Of a DNA stretch of 64,000 nt, positions 52,060-63,812 are shown piece after piece. Where the stretch lies: the NCBI GenBank assembly GCA_963815195.1, contig CAWFGE010000019.1:205311-269310 (forward strand). The letters run 5' to 3'. Made by a program: the position numbers and the translations under genes. The DNA comes from an uncultured Planctomycetaceae bacterium. Its GTDB lineage: Bacteria; Planctomycetota; Planctomycetia; Planctomycetales; Planctomycetaceae. Numbering within the stretch: position 1 is the first letter of the stretch; each line of letters opens with the position of its first letter. The notes under the pieces were generated by a model that did not search any database, was not told where the DNA came from, and saw only the letters and a list, made by a program, of their open reading frames with translations.

Positions 52060-53608
52060 TCAATGATTCAACAAAAACTCCGAACTATTGAGCAGCACCC
52101 ACAGCAAGTCGCCGAGTTCCTGGCCTTGGCTGCCGGCTTTGCGGCGCTCGGCGAGAAATGTCTCCGCCCGTTGGCGTTCCGCATCTGTCGGTGGGCGGCT
52201 TAATGTCGCGAGGTACAGAATCTCCAACCGGTCCCGGTCGGCGAAGAACGGCCCGTCTTCGAGGGCGGCGAGCAGATCGCATTTTTGCACGTCGGTCACG
52301 CGGGCGACCAACGGGCCGTTCAATAGGCTGAGCATCTGCGGGATGCCGGCTTGAAACTCCGTGGCCGACTGCGTGGGCGCGGTGAGGCCCGCGACGAAGA
52401 CTTGCTTCTCCATCGCCCGAAGTTGCAATTCGCCGCCTAAGGGACGCCGGCCCGAAACCGCTTGCATCAGGCAATCGTAGATCTGCTCCGCGGTCAGACT
52501 TCGCACGGCCATCACGTGAAATAGCTCCGGCCGCACCGAGGCCCGCGGTTCCAAATGGCTCGCCAATTGATAGGCCCTCGTGCCCGCGATAATTCTTAAT
52601 AGCCGATTCAGATCGAAGCCGTTATCCACGAAATCTTTCGCCAAGAGATCCAAAACGTTTTTGGTCACGGCGGCGCCGGCGGCGGTCAGATCGTCCACCG
52701 GCTCGACCAGTCCGCGGCCGAACATCAGCGACCACGCGCGGTTGACGGCGGCTCTCGCGAACCAGGGATTCTCCGCCGCGACCATCCACGCCGCCAATCG
52801 GGAGCGGTACGTTTCGCCGGTGGGTTCAAGCGGTTCCTTCGTGCCGGGAAACTGCGGCTGGGCGAGCTGGTTGGTGTCGGGAATCATCAATGGCTTTCGG
52901 CCGCTCTTTTGTTCGACCACAATTTCCCGGCCGAAGATCACTTCCTGTTGGGGGGAAACGTCGGAGAAGAACGCCGAGAAGTTCCAAAACTCCTCGCGGG
53001 TCCATTGATGAAACGGATGGTCGTGGCACTCGGCACAGCCCATTTGCAGCCCCAAGAACACCGCGCGGTCACGTCCGCGATTTTTGCGGTTGGTTCCCCG
53101 CGCTGCCGGTCAACACCGCGGCCCCCTGTCCCTGCATCGGTCCGCTTCCCGCTTGGGGATCGACGAGGTTGATCGTCAGATCCTTCCAGGAGGCCCCTTC
53201 TTCGAGCCGGCGAAACAGCCAGGCTTCAAACGTCGGCCCGCCCAGGCGAACATCGGGCAGGATCACGTCCGTCAACACGCGGGCGAGATGGGCGGTATGC
53301 TCGGTCGTGCCCAAAAGTTCTTCGATCAACCGCTGCCGTTTGTCGGGCCGCCGGTCCGTGAGAAATTCCCGCACCCGCCGGACGTCGGGAATCGAGCCCG
53401 TCAAGTCGAGCGAGACCCGCCTGAGAAAGGCCGCATCATCCGCCAAAGACGCGGGTCGGGCGCCTGCTTCGGCCCACAGCTTGAGAAAGACTTCATCGAT
53501 CTGCCGGCTGACTTCGCCGGGCGGAACGGCCGGCTCCGCAGCGTCACTTCCGCGAGACAGTCCCAACCCAATAGAGCCCAAGAGCAGCAGCCAGACGAAT
53601 CGCGGCAT
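52060..53608 (-). CDS. DUF1549/DUF1553 domain protein (apparent frameshift near 53065)
   Basis: FLRRVSLDLTG, FLGLQMGCAECHDHP, NPWFARAAVNR, GRGLVEPVDD, LLNSSEFLLNH. Confidence 0.92.
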
Positions 53609-55073
53609 GGTTAGTTCTCCTGTTTCGATGAGGCTTCGCGAAACCCGGCATCCGCCGCGAGGGCTTCTTTCAAGGTGACGATCCGATCGCGGTTTTGATC
53701 CAGCCGATCGAACAACGCCTTCTCGCCGGGAAACTCGTCCGGGGACAGGGTGCCGTCCTGATTGCGGTCCAGGCGATAAAACCAAGGCGGGCCGGCGTTG
53801 GGTTGATCCGGGGAAAGATAAGGCAAGTCGGGCATTTCGCGGTCGAGCATGATCCGCACGATGAACGGAATCTCCGCCTGCGAAAGTTTTTGATCCTTGT
53901 CGGCGTCCAACGCCGCGACGATGTGTTTAAGTTTCCGAAAGTTCCCGCGGCGAAAGGCGGCTGTCGTTGTTTTCATCCAGGCAGGCAAACAGGCCCATCA
54001 GCGTCGGCGAACTGCGAAACATCACCCGGCCGCTCATCGCGGCCACGCGGGCGGGCAGGAGTTCCGCGAGATAACTTTCCAATTCTCGCTCCGAAAGTTT
54101 CCCGTCCGCATCGGCATCCATCAGCGCGGCATGTTCGCGAAGGAACGCGGGAAAGTTTTCGTCCTCGGCAATTCGCCGCTCCTCGCCGAGCGAGGAAAAC
54201 TCCCGCCGAAGCACTTGCCGCATCTGCTCCATAACCCTGAGTGAAGGCGGACGGACGGAAAACTCCACCTGCAGCGATCCTTGCCGAAGAATCACGCGGG
54301 CTGCATCGGTCTGGGATGTTTTGGTTGTCTTGACGGCTGAGAATTTCCACTCGGACAACGTCGTGCCGGACAGTTCGACGCGAACGCGGGCGTCGGCGGC
54401 GGTGCCTTGCGCGAGGATTTCGTGACGGACGGGATAATTCGCCAACGTCGGCAACGTGTAGGGCGCGGAGGTCGCGATATTCTCGCCGGCCGGCGAAATG
54501 TCATCGGGTGTGGGTTCGAGTTCTGAGGCCGACAACAGGCCGTCGGCATCGCGGTCCCGACGCATCAACTTCGCCGCGGCTTTGATCTCCTGGGCATCGA
54601 GATAAAAATCCCGGTTTTCATCCAAGAGCAGAAACAGTTGCATCCCGGAGCCGGCGGACTGCAAAGAACCAAACGCGAGCGGGCCGTCGGCATAGGCGGC
54701 GTAATAGGCTTTCAGTTCCGGCGGGCTGACGAAGCCGTCGCCATCGTCGTCGAGAACCAGAAAGTTAAACGCAATGTGCGTTTCGCTGCTGTTTTTGGCT
54801 TGCAAATCCTCCAAGCGAAACAGCGGCGCGGGCGTGCGCCGGGCTTCATGTTCCGTCAGCCGGCCGTCAGCGTCTGCGTCCAAGCGGGCAAACAAGAGAT
54901 CGTGATAATGGTCCTGCACGGTCTGAAAATGTTTGGCCCAAGCCTCGCCGTCGGCCGAGATCGAAACCCGCAATCGAAACGGCGGATCGGAGCCGATCAG
55001 TAAATCGACGTCCTCCGCAAACACGGAAGACCGCGAGAGAATTGCCAGTCCGATGACGGCCCTCACCCAAACA

Positions 55074-56637
55074 GTGTCTGGCCGTTTTCTATGGCGCGAA
55101 CTGGGTAGAGTGTGTAAAGTAGGCAATCCTGTCGTCCGCGATGTGCGGGGGCGAGTTGATTTCACTTCCAGAGGAGGGATTGCGATGCAGGAACCCCGAG
55201 TTGCCAAAGAGGTTTATATCGAGTCAATGCGGTCGGAGCTTGAGGGCTTGTTGGGCGAAGTGATGGAGGCCGTGAATGCGGCGCCGGGCGGTCGCGTGAT
55301 TGCCGACAGTGAGGAGCAAGTGCGGCAGTTGATGCACGAGTTTCGCCGCCGGGCTTACGAGCGGGCCGTGCAGATGCGAGCGGACTCAGCCGAGTCCGCT
55401 TTTCCCCCCTCCGGAGAACGAAGCGACGGGAACACCCATGCGCAACAAAGGTCGCCAGAAGCACACCGTGATGACGGTCAACGGGCGGGTTAAGCTTCGC
55501 CGGATTCGCTGGCAACCAGCCGGCGGCGGCAGCGTGACGCCGCTGGATGAGTGGTTGGACGAAGCCTGCCAGCAGTTCACGCAAGGCGTCGTCGAATTGG
55601 CCTGCCGATTGAACCGTTGCGAAAGCAGTTTTCTGGAACTGTCCGTGACCCTGAAGCGTGCGGCGGGGCTTTCGATCGGCAAGGAAACGCTCCGGCAATT
55701 GATCGAAGCCGAAGGCCAAACGGTCTTGGAACAAACGCGTCGCAACGAACTGAGGCCCGACTGGGAGGCGTCGGATTGCCAAACCCCTGAGGGCGAAACT
55801 CGCGTGTATTTCGGTTGTGACGGCGTGAAGGTTCCCGTGATCACGGAGACGGAAAAGAAGCAGCGGCGGGCTCAGGTCGTCGAGAAACGGAAAGAACGCA
55901 AATCCGAGGGCCGCTCTCTCAATCCGTTGGAACGATTGAAGCCGGGCGCCGACGGCCCGTACAAGGAATTTCGTCTGGTGCAGTTTTATTCGGAAGACCA
56001 GGAAAACCGCTGGATCAGCGTCAGCCGGGGCGACCATGAAGTGGTCGGGCGGGTGATGCGCCGGGACGCCTCGCGGATTCAGTTGGATCAGGCGGACGCT
56101 TCGATCGGGATTTATGACGGGGCCGTGTGGATCGATCGCCAAGCGGAGAAACAAGGCCTGCGGTTGACCGCCCGCGGACTCGACTTCTGGCATCTTCGGG
56201 ATTACGCGCAAAAGACGCGGCGGTCGCTTTACGGAGACGACGAAGCCGGCAAAAGCTGGCTGGACGAATTGATGCACACCTTCAAGCATGAAGGTTACGA
56301 AACAGCGTGGGATCAGCTCACGACCCAGCGGGCCCAACTGGAAAACGAAACGAAAAAGCAAGCCCTGGATGGACTCTTGCACTACATGGCCGAACGCAGC
56401 CATCTGATTAAATACCCCGAGTTCCGCGCCAACGGGTGGCAAATCGGCAGCGGTCCAACCGAAGCCCAATGCCGCACGACCACCAGCCGCATCAAAGGCA
56501 AAGGCCGCCGCTGGGATCCCGACAACGCCCTGGCCGTAATGGCCTTGGAAGCCCTCCACCAAAGCCACGCCTGGGACTCTCACTGGAACCTCAATTGACC
56601 AACCAACTTAACCCCGCCAGAATTTCCGGCCACACAC
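55074..56637 (+). mobile_element. ISKra4-family insertion sequence
   Basis: Ends GTGTCTGGCCG / CGGCCACACAC; 8-bp target duplication CCCAAACA (55066-55073, 56638-56645). Confidence 0.88.
55184..56598 (+). CDS. ISKra4 DDE transposase in two frames joined near 55405
   Basis: ORF1 MQEPRVAKE...ESAFP; ORF2 with CDGVKV, YDGAVWI, LDFWH, IGSGPTEA. Confidence 0.88.
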
Positions 56638-56897
56638 CCCAAACACGGCCTATCGAGTTACCATTGAAGTCGAGGCGCATGATTCGCTTCCATCAAAGAA
56701 TCGGTTTTCCGTTCGACAGCCAACACCGTCACCCCGGATTATTCACCAAAAAAGCTGAAGAAAGAAGGAACCATCGCGTGACCCCCTGCGTTTAAGTGTT
56801 ATATGCAATCCCAACACCAAACGGAGGAATCACGCGATGGGTGAAGCTCAGCCTAACATTTTCGAACCCGATTTCAATCGTTCCATCAAGGTCAAGG

Positions 56898-58145
56898 CAG
56901 GGCTGCCCGCTTTTATAAGATGCCCAGTTTGGCAAGGAGTTGGTTGACTTTGAGGGCATTTTCCCGGAGGGCGGCGGCGATATTCGTGTGGCCCAGGCGG
57001 CGCAACAGGCCGATGGCGGCGTTTCGGACCGTCGCCAGGTTCTCGGGGGCCGAACCCGTGCGGATGCGGCTGGCGTCTTCTCCCATCGTGACATCCCGAA
57101 CATAATGCAATTGGTTCTCGATCTTCCAATGGTCTCGCGACCAGGTTAAAAGTGTTGCCGCATTGGCCTGGGAGCGGGGCACGCTCGTGATGGCGTATTC
57201 CACCTCGCGAGTGGTCTCGCCGCCGCGGGTAACCGTTCGCGTGATTTGGCAAACCTGGCCCACGTGCGGCCAATCCAGATAATCATTTAAGCTCGTCGAA
57301 CTCACCAGCCGGCGATGTTCAACGCGGCCCCGTGATTTTTCGAGCGTCTCGAACTCATCTCGCTCGGCCTGGTATTCCCGCTGGACGTAGGGGGGAAAAG
57401 GCCTCCGTGTTCACGAAGGCCGATTCGATGTTTTGCCGAAGCGTGGGTTGGTTGTCCTTGACCACCACGAAATAATGGCCGCCGCGGTCCCGAATCTTCT
57501 CGCACACCTCACGCTGGCAAAAGATGGCATCCCCCACAATCACACGGCCCTCGAGCACCAGCGATTCCAAGAGTTCCATCGCCGCCTTATGCTCGTTGGT
57601 CTTCTCATCCACCGGCATTTGGCTCAGCACACAGCCTAATTTGTGATCCAGCGCCGAGAGCAGATGAATCGCGCGCTCATGCGCCGTCAGCGTGCCCCGC
57701 AACGTCTTGCCATCGATCGAGGTCGCCGACAATTCCTCGTCGAGAGATAGTTCGAGTCCGTCCTGCACCCAGCGGGTCAGGGCGTCGGCGAACGCCTCGG
57801 CCGAAAGCCGCGAGAAGAGTTCTTCAAAACAGGTGGACTTTGGCGGGATTCGCTTGAACCCAAGCCGATGCCAGGTCGAGACGGGCTGCAAATGCAACCA
57901 CTGCACAATCGCTTGATAACTGCGGGAACCACAGAGCACCGCGCAGACAACCGTGGCCAGCATGGCCGAGAGAGGGTGACGTAGTCCCTGACGCCCCCGT
58001 GGATCAGGAACTTGCGCCACAAAGGCCAGCAAGCTCCTCCCGGGAGCAGAAGCCATCGAATCCATCCTCCAAGGGAGAAAAAATGTTCCGTCAAACTTCC
58101 AACATTCTACCCAACACCCGCCTCATAAAAAAGCGGGACGCCCTG
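56898..58145 (-). mobile_element. ISAs1-family insertion sequence
   Basis: IRs CAGGGCTGCCCGCTTTT / AAAAGCGGGACGCCCTG; 10-bp duplication AAGGTCAAGG (56888-56897, 58146-58155). Confidence 0.93.
56913..58065 (-). CDS. ISAs1 transposase in two frames joined near 57392
   Basis: [34 protein letters not shown]; second frame [24 protein letters not shown]. Confidence 0.93.
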
Positions 58146-58707
58146 AAGGTCAAGGCCGTCGATGGGCGGCTCACGTCACACTCCGGTGCCGTTCTGCTGC
58201 GGGACTTCGATCATCGGCTCGGACTCACCGAATCGCTCGCGGATCAACTGATCGATCCTCGCCGGCAAGACCGCGTCCGCTATCAAGGCGTCGAACTGCG
58301 GCGGGAAAGAATCTACGCCATGGCCCTGGGAGAGTCCGATCAGGATGATCTCGACCGGCTCGCCCATGATCCCGCCATGAAGATGGCCGCCTGGGACCGG
58401 CCCGGCGAAGAAGTGCTCAACCAACGCCTGGCCAGCCAGCCCACCCAATCCCGGCTCATCGATTGGCTGGCCGACTGCCCCAAACCCCCAGGATTTTTCG
58501 CCTGGGGTCCAAAGCAGGTTGGGGAAGACAAGAAGGGAAGCGAACCCTGTGGCGCGCTCCCTCCTGCTTCGGACCCCACGCCGGCGCTCGGGTTGCTTCC
58601 CAGCAGAGCCCTATCCTCCTCGTGGGTAAGGCAGTCTTCGGCGCTTTAACCGGAAGGTCTTTAAGAGTTCTCATCATCGTGTTGAGTTCCAACCGAAACT
58701 GAAGTCC

Positions 58708-58752
58708 AGCGCCACCCATGTCCTGACCTAAAAGCGCCACCCATGTCCTGAC
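58708..58752. repeat. Tandem 20-bp direct repeat, probable end of another IS
   Basis: AGCGCCACCCATGTCCTGAC twice, 25 bp apart. Confidence 0.7.
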
Positions 58753-59007
58753 TGTTCCCCGCGGTGGAGCTCGCCCGCGGCCCTACACACCTCTCCCACG
58801 TCACGCCCATGAGCAACTGGTTCTTCGGGACTGAGCAGTTCGCCATCGTGGCATCCGCCTTTCTGCTTCTTTCCTTCACTCACCCAACGATCGCCAGGCC
58901 CCAGGGGGAAAGGGGGCGGTCCGCCCATCCTCCGCTCCCCAACCACCCTGTGCACTTTCCGCCACGGAAATACTCACCACGCACGGACCTGATGAATAAT
59001 CCGGGGT

Positions 59008-59925
59008 CAGTCCGCACTGCTTCGGCTCTGGATAACGTCCATGCTGCGCGCCGTGGTGAAGGGTGGCATAAAAAACAGCAAAGTGCATTTTGTGCTGGAC
59101 GAGGCGGCCATGCTCGGCCCGATGAAGTGCATCGACGATGCGCTCGACAAATACAGAGCCTACGGCGTGCGACTGCTGTTTTTCTATCAATCCATTGGTC
59201 AGCTCAAAAAGTGTTTCAAGGAAGGGCAGGATCAAACCCTGCTCTCGAACTGCACCCAAATCTACTTTGGTGCAAATGACCTGGAAACATCCGAAATGGT
59301 GAGCAAGCGGATTGGGGAAGCGACCATTGTGGTAAAGAGCGGCTCCAGTTCGCGCGGCGGGTCAAAGCAATATCCGCATCTCATGACTGCCCAGAATCTT
59401 GGCTCGTCCGGCACCTCGTGGAACGAATCCTCTAGCTGGCAACAAGTGGGCCGATCCCTCCAGAAGCCGGAGGAAGTCATGCAACTGCCTGAGCGGGTGG
59501 CGATAACTTTCACCCCCGGCGTGCCGCCGATCATGACGCGACTCGTCAGATATTACGAAAGTGAATTCAAGAAAATTCTTAAGCAACCAGGCCAGATTCG
59601 CTCGTTTTGGCGTGGATTCAAAACGCTGGCCGCGTCCAGCGCACTGGCGGTGTTCTCTGGGGTGATAGCCTTAGGGCTTGGGGCTGTGTATCGCGAGCAA
59701 CCCCAACCCACTCCTGCCCCGTTCCAGCCGCCCATAGAGCCGCAGTTCATCCCGGATTTTCAACCGGGCTTCAACCAGTTCCCTTTACTTGAAGAGGAAT
59801 CGTCATGGCAAAGCAGAATGAAACCGTCGCCCGCCACCAGCAGGAATCCGAGCAATACCTCAATTCCGGGCCAAAGGCGCAGGAACCCGCAGAAAAATCA
59901 GTGGAGCAATCCGGACCCAAGATAG
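59008..59925 (+). pseudogene. 5'-truncated VirD4/TraG-type coupling protein (C-terminal part)
   Basis: ALLRLWI...HFVLDEAAMLG...RAYGV...YQSIGQL...NDLETSEMVSKRIGEAT...GRSLQKPEEV; begins right at the IS1380 right end. Confidence 0.85.
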
Positions 59926-60242
59926 GCGAAGGTCACGCCGAAGCCATGTTGCGATTAGGTTTCCGCGAAATAAGAAACGCCGCAAACCCCAGCCGCGAGT
60001 CGGTGGCCGACAACGAATTTGGGCTATACGGCACAAAAACTCAGGGAGAGATAGGAGAAGACCGGAAGCCGGAGAAGCAAAGCAATTCGCAAGAAACCGT
60101 CGGAATGTATCAAAACCCCGGCAGTATGTCTCAGCAGTTTCAGGCAATCAGGGCCGGGCAGGAAGTCCAACGGGATAGCTCCTCTCAGAGCATGGACGCA
60201 CAGCAACAAGAACGGGAGCGTAAAAACAGTCGCGAGATGTGA
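59805..60242 (+). CDS. Hypothetical protein of a conjugative-element region
   Basis: 145 aa, GAGGA RBS, hydrophilic, GHAEAMLRLGFREIR...FGLYGTKTQGEI. Confidence 0.65.
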   Translation: MAKQNETVARHQQESEQYLNSGPKAQEPAEKSVEQSGPKIGEGHAEAMLRLGFREIRNAANPSRESVADNEFGLYGTKTQGEIGEDRKPEKQSNSQETVGMYQNPGSMSQQFQAIRAGQEVQRDSSSQSMDAQQQERERKNSREM

Positions 60243-60305
60243 AGCGAACGATTGCTGTTTAGGGGATTCAATTCTCAGGAGTCTTTTTTACCAAGGAAAT
60301 GAACC

Positions 60306-60594
60306 ATGCAGAACTATTTCCCAATTGACTGGATGAAGCGGCACCGGGGACTCGTGGGGTCCGCGTTGCTGCTGGTGGTGGTTTTGATCGTGTACTTGTC
60401 CTTTTTCACACCAGAACAACGGACGGTGCGACGGCATCTTGCCGAAGCCGATCAGAAATCAGTGGAAGCAATCGATAGGTGGATGAGTCCCGTCCATGAT
60501 GTGTTTAAGAAGGGCCGCGACAACTCAAATCGTTTTGCGAGAGAGGCACTCTCCTGGTCGGGCAAGTTCGCCTTGCTTCAGGGAATGCTCCGTC
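60306..60594 (+). pseudogene. Membrane protein N-terminus truncated by IS3
   Basis: AGGA RBS, TM helix; the stop comes from the IS3 end TGTAA. Confidence 0.6.
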
Positions 60595-61390
60595 TGTAAC
60601 GGCTCAGTTCGAACTGGAATTTCTGGCTGGTTGGGTTAGTCTATTCTTATGAGAGGACCGACCCATGAGCAACAGCAAACGACGTCATTTTACGCCCGAG
60701 CAGAAAGCCGAGGTTGTCAGGCGGCATCTGTCGGGGAAGGAACCCGTCTCCAAACTCGCTGAGGAGCTTGGGGTGCAGCCGAGCCAGATTCATGCGTGGG
60801 TGAACCTGGTTCTGGCGCAGGCGGAGCGGGCATTCGAGAAGTCTCAGCAGAATGGACGTGCGCGGACGGACAAGGTCAAGGACCGCCGCATCGAACAGCT
60901 CGAAGGTAAGATCGCCGACAAGAACGAAGTGATCGCCGAGTTAATGGAGGCGAACGTTCGCGCAAAAAAAGAGCTTGGGGAACTCTAACTAAAAGGAGGC
61001 TGGGTTCCCCACGACACGCGCGACGAGATCGTGGATTACATCACGTATTGGACGGACCGCGCCGAGATTCCCGCCAAAACCCTTTTGGGTTGGTTGGAAC
61101 TGGGCACGAGCAAGTACCACTCGTGGAAAGACCGCTACGGAAAAGCCAACGAGCACAACGGGAAGATTCCCCGGGATCATTGGCTGGAGGATTGGGAGAA
61201 GGCGGCGATCGTCGACTATTTTGACCAGCATCCCTTGGAAGGCTATCGCCGGCTGACGTTCATGATGCTCGATGATGACATCGTCGCCACAAGCCCGGCG
61301 ACGGTGTATCGCGTGCTCAAAGCGAACCGGCGATTGGACCGCAGGAAGTTCTCGCCGTCCAAGAAAGGCACAGGCTTCGTGCAGCCGTTG
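60595..61390 (+). mobile_element. Truncated IS3-family element (orfA 60665-60988, partial orfB)
   Basis: Starts TGTAACGG; orfA RRHFTPEQKAEVV HTH; A7G slippery site at 60964-60971; orfB GYRRLTFMMLD...TVYRVLK breaks off near 61390. Confidence 0.88.
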
Positions 61391-61702
61391 GTCTTTGTAC
61401 CTCGGGCCGAAGCGAGCCTTCCTGCAAAGGCGATTCAGGAAACGGCCGAGGCGGTCTTTAGAAAGTTTGGAAGCAAGGCGGCCAAGAATGCTCCGGCCCT
61501 CGCCTCCAAAATTGAATCTCTGGCCGTCCGTTATGGAGATGATGCCGTACTCGCGGTGCGGAAAGTCGGTCCCAAGGCATTTGCGATGGCTTCCGGGCCG
61601 CACGCAGCGCAGGCGGTGCGTGTTTTGGCACGGCATGGAGAGCAAGGGGCGGTACGTGTCTTATCCCGCCCCACGGCCATGAACCACTTTCTTCGCTATG
61701 GG
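61391..61702 (+). pseudogene. Fragment of a hypothetical gene between IS3 and the recombinase remnant
   Basis: AKAIQETAEAVFRKFG...RYGDDAVLAVRKVGP...LARHG...FLRYG reads as coherent protein, cut at both ends. Confidence 0.5.
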
Positions 61703-63322
61703 TTCGGTATGCACTCCTCCTTGCCAGTGCAAATGCAAATCATGTTGCGGAGGATCGTCTTGGCTGTTGACGACGATTTCGACAAGAACCGTTCGCAAGA
61801 TGCGTTTCTTGGTTTCCGCGGATGTGGCGGAGTGGCTCCAGAGTTTCTTCAAGTCCGCCCCCAGTTTGAGCAATTGTTGCCGATCCTGGTCGCTAAGAAC
61901 GGTGACGTGGGAATCCAACTCGGCCAAACGTTTTTCCATCTCCGCCACATGTTTGAGTGCTGCGTTCCATCGTGCTTCGAGTTCCGCCGCCACGAGTCGG
62001 TTATCAGGATCGACCAAGTCGTATTGTTTTTGGGCTCGTCCCGCCTCATACCGAGCTTTCTCTAACGCCAGTTCGAGGGAGCGCCGCTTGTCTTCGTCTT
62101 CATGCAGCACTTGGTCCATCGCGGCGAGGGCGGCTTGGACTCCCGCGGGTTGGATGGCATCCAGAACGGTCTCACTGACCGCTTCATCCAAACGCAGACC
62201 TCCGATGGCCAAGCAGGGAGCCGAACCGCGATGCGTTCTTCCGCCGCTGCAAACATAGCGCGGCACATTGCCGTCCGCGCCGCCGTACTTGGTAAACATC
62301 ATCCGGCCGCAGCGACCGCAACGCAGCAATCCGGCCAGAAGTGCGGGTCCGGTTTTGGCTGCCCCTCGTGTGGTTCCGTCAGGCATGTTTCGATTCGACT
62401 CCAAAACCTGTTGATTTTGCAAATACTCTTTCCAAGTGATGTACCCGGGATGGTGATCCAAAATCAAGACTTTCCATTCCTCACGAGGCCGCTTTTTTCG
62501 ACCGTTACTCTTCGCGCGGCCGTTCTCGACCACTGTTTGTGAGACCGTCCGTCCCCAGGCAAAAGCTCCCGCATAACACGGATTCTTTAGGATTTGCAGA
62601 ATGCGGTGCCGGCCTGGAATATGCTACTGAGTCTCGCGACCCGAGGTGCCGGGGACGGCTTCAGGAAGCCGCAGTTGCTCTTGAGCGTACCAGAGCGCTG
62701 TCTGACGCGCACTGCCCAGTTCGCGAAACTTGCGAAAGACTCCGCGCAAGGCGTCTTGCACTTGCCGATCGGCAATCATCTCCACCCGATGATCTTCCGT
62801 CTTCACGAAACCCACGGCAGGTTCCCAAAGGATATGACCCCGGCGAACTTTCTGTTCATAGGCGGCTCGGGCACGTTGCCGCAATAGTCCCAGTTCAAAT
62901 TCCGCCAAACTGCCCTTGAGCCCCAACAGCAATCGATCATTGAGTTGGCGCGGATCGTAGACGCCGTCTTCATCGATGATTAACGTCTCCGTGATCGCAC
63001 AGAGATCAATCAAGTGATGCCAGTCCCGGTTGTTTCGCGCCAAACGCGAAGCCTCCAAAGCCAGAACGGCCCCCGCTTCGCCTTCGCAGACCGCCGTGAG
63101 CAATCTTGCGAATCCCGGGCGGTCTTGAAGTCCGCTGCCCGAGCGGCCGAGATCATCATCAATCACCGTAACCTTGCGGAACTTGGGCTGCCTGGCGTAA
63201 TCCGCCAGAGCATATTGCCGTTTTTGACCTTCGCGGTGCTCCCGCACTTGGTGATCACTGGATTGCCGGACATAGACAAAAGCGGTTCGCTCTCGGTGTT
63301 CAGATCGAATCTTCTCGTTCAT
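61703..63322 (-). pseudogene. Large serine recombinase (resolvase-recombinase-zinc ribbon) with in-frame TAG and truncated C-terminus
   Basis: YVRQSS, DDLGRSG, EASRLARN, DRLLLGLKG; TAG at 62624-62626; ILKNPCYAG, HHPGYI, LLRCGRCG; ends at HWQGGVHTE. Confidence 0.9.
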
Positions 63323-63489
63323 CGACGTTCTCCTGTTGAGATTGAGAGGGGAAGGATTGTTTCAACTGCTGTGTGATTAAACGTTGGCACTCATCGCGGA
63401 CGGCTTGCGGGAGCTTGTCCCACAGATCAAGCCGCGCAAACGCAAACACCTGTTGTTTAGGAGGAGGGTGGACTTCGTTTCGCGGCATG
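63312..63489 (-). CDS. Small protein upstream of the recombinase (boundaries approximate)
   Basis: MPRNEVHPPPKQQVFAF...WDKLPQAVRDECQRLITQQL, between the two neighbouring genes. Confidence 0.5.
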
Positions 63490-63771
63490 AGGATCTCCTT
63501 GAGGAATTGAGTTTCCCTCAGTCGTAGAGTCTGCCTCCGCGTGAAACAATGGTTGGTGGTCCAGAAGTCGACGAAGCTCAAGCAGAGCCGCGATCCCGAT
63601 TCGCGGATGGTCCGCATCAGGACAATGACCGCAGGCGATGGGATCAAGCATCCAACACGGAATCGCGAGTTGCACATCGTCTCGCAGTCGTACGAGATGA
63701 TGAGCCGCATCAAATCGGCGAACGACCTCGACCTCTTCGCCATAGAAAGCGTGATAACGATAGCAGATCAT
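63457..63771 (-). CDS. Y4bD/Y4pK (DUF5372)-like small protein
   Basis: ICYRYHAFYGEEVEV...LAIPCWMLDPIAC...ALLELRRLLD, located upstream of a large serine recombinase. Confidence 0.6.
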   Translation of the reverse strand: MICYRYHAFYGEEVEVVRRFDAAHHLVRLRDDVQLAIPCWMLDPIACGHCPDADHPRIGIAALLELRRLLDHQPLFHAEADSTTEGNSIPQGDPHAAKRSPPSS

Positions 63772-63812
63772 TACTCGGGGCGATTCATGAGCAGTGTGTT
63801 GATGGATAGGGG

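Larger units (their letters stand above)
53611..56680 (-). pseudogene. EF-hand repeat exported protein interrupted by ISKra4 in its signal peptide
   Basis: Multiple DxDxDG loops; joining 56680-56638 to 55065 restores the frame MRLDFNGNSIGRVWVRAVIGLAILS; further frameshift near 53930. Confidence 0.85.
56732..59006 (+). mobile_element. Defective IS1380-family element with nested ISAs1 and internal deletion
   Basis: Terminal IRs CCCCGGATTATTCA / TGAATAATCCGGGG; N-terminus MGEAQPNIFEPDFNRSIKVK (56837) continues at 58156 as RLTSHSGAVLL...DQDD...LASQPTQSRL; a probable C-terminal remnant lies near 58770-58834. Confidence 0.8.

Noticed and set aside
56728..59009. GTCA/TCA on both sides of IS1380 as a true target duplication
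   Set aside because: Joining the flanks does not give a convincing VirD4 sequence; the short match may be chance, so it is left unresolved.
61031..62065. 344-aa ORF as a single gene
   Set aside because: Chimera of IS3 orfB, a gene fragment and the antisense of the recombinase.
62624..62626. In-frame TAG as pyrrolysine or programmed readthrough
   Set aside because: The gene is also truncated and lies in a decayed region; a TGG-to-TAG nonsense change is simpler.
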